DNA of 64,000 nucleotides from Ministeria vibrans ATCC 50519 (Eukaryota; Protista; Filasterea): NCBI GenBank assembly GCA_943704425.1, contig CALSCP010002792.1, positions 1 to 64,000 of the forward strand, read 5' to 3'. Shown piece by piece: positions 59,101 to 64,000 of this stretch (position 1 is its first letter; each line of letters starts with the position of its first letter). The notes under the pieces were generated by a model. It saw only the letters and a program-made list of their open reading frames with translations, ran no database searches and was not told where the DNA came from. The position numbers and the translations under genes were made by a program.

Positions 59101-60211
59101 CAAAGTTGCGACCGTACGAGTTTGACATGTAAAGCGACTTGGCGCCACAAAAGGACGTTGTCTCGACAATTTCCGGCGTGACACTATCGCGCTTGCCCCA
59201 CAAGTCGTCGACTGTCTCGAAGGTGTCGACGTCAAAGGATTCGCCTCCATTTGTATTGACGGTGCACTTGTTGCGGCTGAGGTTGAGGACGGCGTCGTGC
59301 ACCTCTGCGGTGGTTGCGTTGACGTCGAGCGGAGCGGTGGTGCGGTTGCCAAAGCTGAGGGTGAACGAGCCGGTGGTCTCCTCGAAGTTTTCAATGGTGA
59401 CCGACTGACGAGCAGGAAAGATTTCGGTGCTGATGCTGATGCGCTGGACCTCTTGGATGGCGCGATGAGTCTGGTTGCGCGTGTAGGCGCTCTCGTGGAA
59501 GAAAGCGCCGACATTGAGAAATTCCTCGCCATTGTTCTCCTTGAGGAGCACCTCAACCAGGTAGTGGGTGCCAGCGACCAACTGGAGCGGGCTGCTCTGT
59601 TGCCCCGTAAGTTGGTCGAAGCGGACGAAGGAACTGACTGCCTTGGAGACGTAGGCAATTTTGGTGAGGCCCGCAGCGGTGGCGTCGGTGCTGAGGAATA
59701 GCTCGCTGTCGTCGTCCGACGCGACCATGAGGGTGTAGGTGCCGGAGAAGGGGACGCGCAGGAGCGAACGGTAGCGCACGCCAAACTCGTTCATGTTCGT
59801 GGCCGGGTGATATGCGAGTTCGTCGACGATAATGGATGAGTCGGGGCTGTTGGGGTAGCGAGCGTCGGCGGTGAGCGACGACACATCGGCGCCAGCAATA
59901 GAACCCCAAAAATCACGAAGGGCGCCACGCGAGCCAGGCACAACCGAGTCGACGCTGGCAGGGGCAGAGCCGCGAGAGCCGGTGATGCAGGTGGCGCGTG
60001 TGCCGTTGTGTGAAACGGACACAATGGTACAGGCAATGTCGGTGGAGGCACTGACGGAAATGGCAATGGAGACACGCGACGCGTCAAAGCCGAATCCCTG
60101 GCCAAAGAGTGTCAGGGTGGTGCCGCCGACAAGTGAGCCAGCGGCGGGCGAGATGCGGTCAATGACGGGGTACACTTGATGGTTGTACAGGCGCCCGTCA
60201 CGAGACACGAG
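47156..60211 (-). CDS. PKHD1L1: Fibrocystin-L (PKHD1L1)-like giant type I membrane protein: many IPT/TIG domains, PA14, cupredoxin-like, LamG-like, two G8 domains, beta-helix repeats, TM and tail; 5' exon(s) missing
   Basis: Single 13-kb exon starting at a splice acceptor (60214-60212). Repeated SPxxGSxxGGTxLTxxGxGF TIG motifs, PA14 (YTLMVASDDDSELFLS), G8 (WSSKYTWGG; WSNPASW), GQAFGLGRYPLHYH, GRRRA basic site and TM GIIAGVVVGCLLLVLVIGGYVLY. No signal peptide in the window. Confidence 0.85.
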   Translation of the reverse strand, partial: LVSRDGRLYNHQVYPVIDRISPAAGSLVGGTTLTLFGQGFGFDASRVSIAISVSASTDIACTIVSVSHNGTRATCITGSRGSAPASVDSVVPGSRGALRDFWGSIAGADVSSLTADARYPNSPDSSIIVDELAYHPATNMNEFGVRYRSLLRVPFSGTYTLMVASDDDSELFLSTDATAAGLTKIAYVSKAVSSFVRFDQLTGQQSSPLQLVAGTHYLVEVLLKENNGEEFLNVGAFFHESAYTRNQTHRAIQEVQRISISTEIFPARQSVTIENFEETTGSFTLSFGNRTTAPLDVNATTAEVHDAVLNLSRNKCTVNTNGGESFDVDTFETVDDLWGKRDSVTPEIVETTSFCGAKSLYMSNSYGRNFEDSSNAESGQGSTGFKVKSHPFICTAYRIPPASRVTMLIKVDDVSGHNWKSVEVTAEPSHNYAKVASFNTVGHTVTRDDDWHYTCININNQLQDSMGYDPDRRITALIWYRPISSNSFEGGEFYIDEFSIASKARTVVRDETAATPNNIAIADVAVTSDTFGSWTLAFTPLPNQCASDLPLVVADPSDLEVSSNALNVSVVVASINELPEPLAGSFRLSRSGVTTNLFANMTTDEVTNALEAARVYGANITVTEASTSPSDKCLGVAWDVRFDALGGTQPLFNLTHTSLAGVNAAVTIERTVIGGLLVAPIPGDWLSVPTVVSSGFVRAFVDGVPSSCPNPDNCTFLYSAAAAPTVSTVAPTDPVAPGSTITLSGSNIAAASSSDVTVKVGTDNFCTVTDSTSSTIVCSLALDQPAGTFTLAATVSPNGLASGTPTVVVGVTITSVALPRVDATASLGGATPITVVGTGFGAVADQLAVTVYPNGNAGTAQACTIVSSNETHIDCTLPASSTAGAATVAVTVSATGSSTTPTATSVSAFTYSAAATPSVSSVSPNSGSGLGGTTITLTGANFLVGDTSANEISVAIDSANCVVNVASVNDSNIECVTSAHIDGTHVVTVHVPSAGASTPVNANAADFAYALVASTLSPTTGSLRGAQTLTFSLSGLAGTTTVAGDVSVTLADDTDCVVSQVDTSAETITCVTASASSTHKVNNTAEANAALGLGYAWSPRDLTINVGDSVAWSWVGDVFLGAFHSVVEVASDSDTEPLEGGFISGAASRIGSYSRAFSQPGTHYYVSNTHGEVDMRGTITVRSLAASVLSAKPIVTIKDVVVDTSALTFSFEGSATPHVSAIVPHMSPLSTAVTLRGSNFGSVAADLSVVFAAQACTVVVGQIADNEVNCTLHTETPVGSLVPLVAHAANGAGVSNHVLFVHTPAVTGMSPASGATSGGLPIVVSGSGFDSVTPSNNLVSIGGRPCVVSSVASSSQLTCRTSNTASDGYAAAVRQAAPLAQWSLDDAVVESTVVSTGSLDISTTGVYVDSGPSAYRTATGIHATVDDNVALNATTATVSVPYVPALNAASMAVELWMRGHDAANPTGDFEQLLVSGIGYALVLNSCGHIEFWVGVSWPGHNASVCAPNACDSCINNHRLVKSQTSPWNATNVFASGHYAVLVGPVVSVGGAWHHLVANIETTMDASSTTLSLFVDGALVASYTLAVDESLAANTNEKLIIGAGSSPVSIDEVSIFGAPLAAETVALHHQLGSSQAQLVTIAVGGVASTAHAACVAASECTFEYDQALTPWVASATASSPTVVAGDTITINGTGFAPSVLAVYIGTIGEYPCTVVTESATQITCTVSEAPANVRSVSVVVANAGVAQFSGSNTSALITHRLELGAVAPSSGSTLGGTSLTISGHGLPTDEDMVRVKLGNDAECVVDSLANSNTVVCTTDAGSDMASASAVSVSIDSGVTWSTSSGTFQQASASTPTVTSTSSSSPNGGEQLTLGGTLLGTTVSTKVTLIDVEDAAFVCTVTLANASSVVCTLPDALPAGSYTLEVHAAPAGYASVTPAAVNVPLSLSTVSPVTSSYGGGIDLTLSGAGFHANSVVTVCSVPCVVSASSDSSITCRVGAYTGANEAVPASDTVCVVKVALEDDSLDSTLASSFTFSTSLTPAVSTISPSLGGTGGNVLVTITGSGFDANGTPTVTIGERACVVATASANLITCHTANSTTTFVDHVRVHIAGQGASTVGNHTSFTYIDLWSSKYTWGGENPPAAGESVVIPAGHTVMLDVNTPKLGFLLIDGVLEFARKDVTLDAEYILVNDGELNIGTEAEPFLNRAIITLHGTHRSKEIPIFGAKCIGVRRGSIDLHGKPEVTWTRLAVSAQPGDTSITLKEPVGWPVGAEILLTSTGHDGNDTDIVTVTNVSGAIVTFDRPLSHEHLSMTQTVNGFTLRVEGEVALLSRNIIIQGNVLTTPEVQPGEDQYGVHLLMNKVKWGKIEYVEVRHAGQAFGLGRYPLHYHMSGSLPTSYIRGCSIHHTFNRGLTAHGVHDALFEKNVIYNTLGHSYFVEDGIETGNRFIGNLGCLTKPSLALLNTDVTPATFWVTNADNIYEDNVAAGSSHYGWWYNLEEHPTGPSATVTVCPRVGKFGAHNNNLAHSNGEFGLRTWNREGGYSPHVNGCNGGGLATAQFANFTTYANRINGVEFTKTGHIQLVNAIIADSVDFGLEWTEIEEGTWGGPLFKDSLIMARSDMMETTEAKRNMTIGLGAIKTPKSFFLTVSGVTIHGYDSSLDGIRSDAAAFYACSKCKPAQGGFEVRFEKMSFINSPHRANWPWEHAVMYRDVDGTLAGMTGGWVMPTMGLLSSTECTLNSPAWSVGSFGGAVCDSTRNYRRAAFNSVNPSSIEGKDAIFNNTHGTTNVPWKQKRITHTNGYMAILPMGELTTLRFDLASQSEVDPTKINMAIYEALPLDTIILHQNVLSAPDHFQIGSNRVGKETDVVSTDPHMTWHFNKTISDRLEYVLSGRRSDMSSTTGITLNANYRLNMCPVGGCPLPPLPLWLQPGIRYWSNPASWENGTLPQAGADVDIADIWIMIVDVTPPPLGTVNVFGELRWDHRQPISMTAQNILIRNGKLAIGNETHPAEHEARIMLTGDRQTPGPSFSNDLNLGSKSIGVFGELALYGKPSVAQWTLLGTSVAAGDTSIDLEHPVDWPIGAVIAISTTDYDVYQCEKATIAAVQNGGRRLQLSAPLANPHYASAHFVAGTPLSYRLSAAVGLLSGKTIIIEGLNDAADVLNVQQYGASILVANFVWTIVNGADEDTLYEGKIKVDSVEFRNAGQRAWYDENDPRHVIAIRGIGSNGEVSYIKRCSVNTGYNTFVGIYGSNGVAVEDNVVFQSFSSTFKVVSGDSNSFLRNLGMQMRVELPNPADDHLREIIAVFDISGTNSVVRHNRAAGGERSCFRVRGDECSSSLTDVSRRVFDNEGNSCLMGFRLEATSAVDATCSEAKGIRVWKSWDFGVYTKSRLSARFTDVFTADAKVGISANVENGGIQKLTGSTVEVADIVAISRSPVPGPVVRPLVVEPNSLSVGRFFTGIMFPQFAMTMSPGPPYPWHKVKFYANVQGRSSFTNVTLIDFVGRDFAITSNELAPDAQHPMVVRNVTKVNVGASNVVHLYTPDPSAVNPKDCVFDLCPGKKASMIDDLDGSLSGLGERTMVLPNSELAFKQNLIPFAARVRPDGSVMPWSSVYSTVGIIKSSRCVFNSVMSAWYCPGMLHKMLVVESLDSDTETRNVAPLAVIGENAIQNVNSFQDWGWCEGYTCQERLSQWHPIVKVAVHYDLYFRGTPPGKMRLQLLNSDAGQSVRTSIFYTQPERFDVYVDGRYITPQNTEYLLDGQQRRPQGSQYLPALGAHNGANYFDRASARLYVVLNGPGNVVIKKAPVVQVSLEMALPLPQFFELNLIANLAMILDKDPATIRIVNIVAAAGRRRAVDTTEVTVEIGPEPLANLTVTTTNNATTPTGGTSGNSTTSGFDDLDGTESDPDTLVGAPPSVNDTLAEYQATLAAQADEAALVAELQAAAQKLQNAAQSGELAVLVNGTLFEVVVEAPAAVAEPSVPVEIPVNVDPTPEQIAAAAAAEAEALAAEQAAVLSTLIADPLDIPELILPVIGDKFGVVENGRRSVSMKAYVTDVDGVVIASIGTETNPWNMTISLWNTTSDSAIEDGTLQGNLTVPVINGVAIFDDVTVDELASMNHALRFTPSISALSSTTSSLGSLSSSSSSSSAGIIAGVVVGCLLLVLVIGGYVLYRRNEQLKQSKKKYEGTYSQQRTGSMREREHEHELQRRQASMATVLEVQQSGLELDEDWRSGSSKSEGDDNVSEDERASRRIWRRPSVAADATYEDLVHFVTREGDLRRKTETALKVLQVREQERWQHGRVLNDPEIGPQEIDIDNSDPAMRYLARRRSLVVEPPEWVQRAKTGPYLSESPE

Positions 60212-60337
60212 CTGTTAAGACAGGGAAGAAGAGATCAGGGAGGTGATTGCGACGGGTTGTGTTGTGTTGTGTTTTTTTTTTTTTTTTTTTTTCTTTTTTT
60301 TTTTTTTTCTCTCTCCTCTTTCCACTTTCCTTTTCAG

Positions 60338-61343
60338 CTCACTGGCGAAGAGTACACCATCAAGACGTACGGCCGTGGCATCGACGATGTGTATCGGATG
60401 GCGTTGAGATATTTCCAGAACGGTACGTGTGCTGGGTCGTCGCGTGGAGCGAGAGGCAGGCGAGCAGACGCCGACACGGCAGTGCGGCTGTGTCGGTGCA
60501 GCGCGCGTCGCGTTGGATGTGCTGCCGTGGCACTCCACGCCCACCCCCTGCCCCGCTCTCTCTCTCTTCCTTGCATCCGCCTACACCCCGTCTACCCTAC
60601 TCGATGGATCCTTTGCGAATCCGTTGCGCTCCATCTCTCGTTTGTTTGTGCAATGATTCCCTTTCTCGTCGTGTCTCCTCTTTTTTTTCTTCTTCTTTCT
60701 CTCCCTCCTCTCGTCGTTTCTGTCTGCTCTGCTGGTGCCTTTTTGCATTGAAAGCAGCGTGCACTCCACCATCCTACTAAACTGATGCTGGGCTCTTCAC
60801 GGGGCGTGCGTAGAGGAGGGCAAAATCAAGCTGCACTACGATCACAAATCACGCCTGTACGCCTTCCGCAAGCAAATTCGAGTTGGGCCGTACAGCGAGG
60901 AGAAGATGCCCGAGCTGGGCTTCTTTGACTTTGTTGGTCGTGATCGAAGGTGAGAAAGAGAGAGTGGACGGGGGAGCGAGGAGAAAAAGCACAGTGCCAC
61001 ATTGGGTTTGTGCGTGTCCATGAGTGTTTGTTCCTGCATAATGATTTACCGTTGGCTGCCCGTTTTATTAGGAACGCATGGCAACAATTGGGAAGCATGA
61101 GTAAGGAGGAAGCCATGACATGTTTCATACAGTTGCTGGAGGAACTGGTTCCCGAATGGGTGGCCTGGGCACACGACGAGATCAAGGCGATTGAGGAAGC
61201 GGAGCGACTTGAGGCGGAGCTCAAGGCTCGCGAAGAACGACGAAGGCGAGAGGTCGCCGAGAGAGAAGAACGACGTCGCGCCGAAATGGCTGCAGCAGCA
61301 GCGGCCGCAGCAGCATCAGTAGCGTCGCCACAACAGAGACAAG

Positions 61344-61378
<35 letters not shown>

Positions 61379-61961
61379 AAACAGCAACAACAAGAGGCGT
61401 CGTCGACTGCCTCAAGTTCGGCACAACCACAGGGAATTGTACCTCTGGAGTCGCACAAGGGCAGTGAGGGCGGCGAGGCACGCGTCGCTGGCTTCATTAC
61501 GGCTGCAGCGGCAGACGAAGACGCGCACCTGGTCATTGGTAACACACTCGATATGCCCCCAACCCTTCAAATTTTCTCATCTTACATAATTCCTGTCTGT
61601 TTTGGGGTGCGTAGGTCGAGGAGAAACGGTGACAGTGCGGTGTCCGGCAACGACACCAGGCAACCTGACCACATGGGAGTTTGCAACGGAAGCATACGAC
61701 ATTGGGTTTGGGGTTGCGTTTGAGTTCAGTCGCAAGACGACGGCGGACACGAGCGAGGAAGGGCCCTCGGAGACCATTGTCGAGACCATCCTGCCTCTCA
61801 ACCGCTGTGATAGCTACAGTGACGTCATGCGCGGTGGCCATGTGTGTGCCCAGTCGGGTGTCTACCTCCTCAAGTTTGACAACAGCTTTTCTCTTCTCCG
61901 CTCCAAGAACCTTTACTACCATGTCTACTCTCGCTCTTTCCCTCAATCCCAAAAGCAATGA
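60338..61961 (+). CDS. ACBD3: Golgi acyl-CoA-binding domain protein ACBD3/GCP60 (ACB - charged/Q-rich - GOLD); first exon missing
   Basis: YGRGIDDVYRMALRYF, KQIRVGPY..ELGFFDFVGRDR|RNAWQQLGSMSKEEAM, GRGETVTVRCP, WEFATEAYDIGFG, GVYLLKFDNSFSLLRSKNLYYHVY. Confidence 0.9.
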
Positions 61962-62025
61962 ATAATCCCTCAAACAATGAATCATCCCTCAAACAATGAA
62001 TTATCCATCAAACAACGAATCATCG
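61958..62025. repeat. 19-bp tandem repeat (~3.5 copies) in the convergent ACBD3/PINX1 3' region
   Basis: aatgaataatccctcaaac / aatgaatcatccctcaaac / aatgaattatccatcaaac / aacgaatcatc. Confidence 0.85.
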
Positions 62026-62087
62026 TGTGGTCCTCTTACTCAGTTACAATCTTATTGTATTATTTTGTTGTTGTTGGGCACTGCCCA

Positions 62088-63336
62088 TCACTCTTTGTTC
62101 TTCTTCTGCTTCCGTTTGGCCTTTTCCTCTTTGCGTGCGCGTTTTGCTTCGCGTCGCTCTTCCTCCTCTCTCTCCTCTGCATTCCGCTTTTGCCCGTCTT
62201 CGTCGCGCTGTCTCTTCTTACTGCGCTTCTTCTCCTTCTTCTTTCGCGCCTCCTCTGCCGCTTCTTCTGCTTCCTCTTCTTCTTCCTTTTGTTTGCGCTC
62301 CTTGCGCTCTCGCTTCTTCTGTTCCTTCTTCAGTTTCTTAGCCGGCATGCTGTCGGCGTCTTCCGTCACAACAGGTCGCTCAACGACCGTCTGCTCCTGC
62401 GCAATCGTGAAACCCAGTCCCATGGGCCGTCTTTCATCCTCATCGTCGTCCTCCTTCTCCTCTTGCTCCTCCTCGTCGTCGTCATCATCACTTGCATCGC
62501 GCGACGTGCCCACGGACATGGAAACACCGCGTTTGCGCGACGCAAGGTACGCCTCCATGCTGGTGGCGCTTGTGGTAAATTCATACTCTTGGATAACTCC
62601 CTTGGTGGGAGTCGCAGTCGTCGACTTGGATGATCCTTCCTCGGCATCGTCATCACTTGCCGCAGCACTTTGAGTGGCACTCGTCGGTGTGCTCTCGACA
62701 CGCTGACCAAGAATCATCGCCATGTCACGTTCGCTAAGGATGGGAGATCAGTCTGTTGGAGCTTTTCTGGCGAGCTCGTCAGGCTCAACCTTACCTGTAC
62801 TTTGCCGCATCCTTGTTCGCCACAAAGCGACGGTAGAAGAGACGCTTAGTGCTGGCTGCGCAGTCTTGCAAGTAGGTCGTGTTGCTCTCCGTTTTCGCAT
62901 CGACATCCTTGGCGGTGTCCTCGCTAATGCGCGACAGCAGACTGCTGTACGCATCCTGAACCTGAAGCCAGTTGTCGTCCACACGCTGTGTCACCCCCAA
63001 ACCACGGTTGTCCACGTTCTTTTTCACCTGAACAACAGCAAAATGTGAGACATTAAAAAAAAAAAAAGTCATAAAAAAAAGGCGGATGCGCAAGTGACTG
63101 TGAGCGAAACGCTCGTGGACAAACAGGCATCTGCGCGACAGCTACACTCCTACCTTGACGTGTTCAAGCGTTCCCTTGCCTTCGCGGCCCAGCCCGGCGC
63201 CCTCCTTCCAGCCCATGCCGGCCAGCAGCTTGTGCCCGTACTTGCTCGTGTCCCGGCTCCACTCGGTGTTGTTGGGGTCGCCCGCCCACTTGGCCTTGCG
63301 TCGCCCTCGAGGATTCACCGAACTGACCACCTCCAT
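62088..63336 (-). CDS. PINX1: PINX1/Gno1 G-patch protein, multi-exon (start codon tentative)
   Basis: RRKAKWAGDPNNTEWSRDTSKYGHKLLAGMGWKEGAGLG..HVK|VKKNVDNRGLG..DDNW..YSSLL, MEAYLA and a K/E-rich tail. Confidence 0.88.
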
Positions 63337-63532
63337 TGCAACAGAAAAGAAAGAGAATTAGAGAAAATGTGTGTGTTAAAACAGTTAAATGAAAATTGGA
63401 AAAAACGAAAAAGAAGGGTAACTAAGTTTTCAAATTTCACCTTTTTTTTGTCTCTCACATCGTACACTCTCAAGCATCACCAACTACCAGATTCATACTC
63501 AATCATTAAGCATAGCAGCAAGTGGTGTGGAG

Positions 63533-64000
63533 ATGGCCGATGATCAATTACAATCGTAAGTACAAGGGTGATTGCTCTCATCGCCCCTGACAACCAAAGG
63601 GACGTCGCCGTTGCTTTGTTCTCCCTAGCATGATTGCCTTGACGCAAGAGACGCTCGGCGCCATCATATCGAAACCTCCTTTGACAGCGCGGCTCTTAAA
63701 ACAGCCTCCATTCCGTTACCTTCATGATATCACAACAGAGGTGCCTCTTTCATTTCGTATTCTTTCTTTTTGAACTTTTTTTTTTGTTTCGCTCTGTTGT
63801 AGCTCATTCGAAGCACCGGGACCTTTGATGGTCTGTACACTGCCGAGGAGGTATGCAATACATGTCTGTCAGCGTGGCTGACTGTCGCTGGCTCGTGCGT
63901 AGATGATGTCAGAGAATGTCCAAGACAAAGCGAGCAAGCTGGCGTTCCTTCAGAAGCTGATTGACGCTGTGAGCATTGCCGTTGGCCAACAATGCCCCGC
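63533..64000 (+). CDS. TRAF3IP1: Intraflagellar transport protein IFT54/TRAF3IP1, 5' part (runs off the window; absent from the ORF track because the exons are short)
   Basis: Spliced MADDQLQS|[37 protein letters not shown]|[16 protein letters not shown]|[23 protein letters not shown] carries the IFT54 CH-domain motif PPFRYLHD. Confidence 0.93.

Overview
Compact, intron-rich eukaryotic genomic DNA with GT-AG introns (mostly 55-300 nt) and many microsatellites. It is probably from a flagellated unicellular opisthokont or holozoan, inferred from IFT54, Myt1, ACBD3 and a PKHD1L1-like gene. About 20 genes can be reconstructed: RPS19 and RPL21 (head-to-head), Myt1 kinase, two head-to-head ABCG half-transporters, a xanthine dehydrogenase/aldehyde oxidase-family enzyme, a BCAT 5' fragment joined to an MFS transporter, ACSBG, PMM, an ankyrin-CCCH-HEPN(DUF4145-like)-SAM protein, an RRM-DEAH helicase-RBR E3 ligase, a herpes-tegument-like (VTD) deubiquitinase, WDR33, a bacterial-type YeiH transporter, MTHFR, a 13-kb fibrocystin-L-like exon, ACBD3, PINX1 and the start of IFT54. 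Three observations stand out. (1) A three-gene island at 27.3-37.8 kb encodes a putative RNase, an RNA helicase/ubiquitin ligase and a deubiquitinase, and resembles an undescribed RNA-sensing innate-immune module. (2) The ABCG pair carries reciprocal active-site degenerations matching the asymmetric logic of the ABCG5/ABCG8 heterodimer. (3) The XDH-family enzyme has a rewired substrate pocket and a mitochondrial-type presequence. Two junctions at simple repeats (~19.9 kb and ~60.3 kb) look like assembly misjoins. All family assignments come from motif recognition by eye; no database searches were run.
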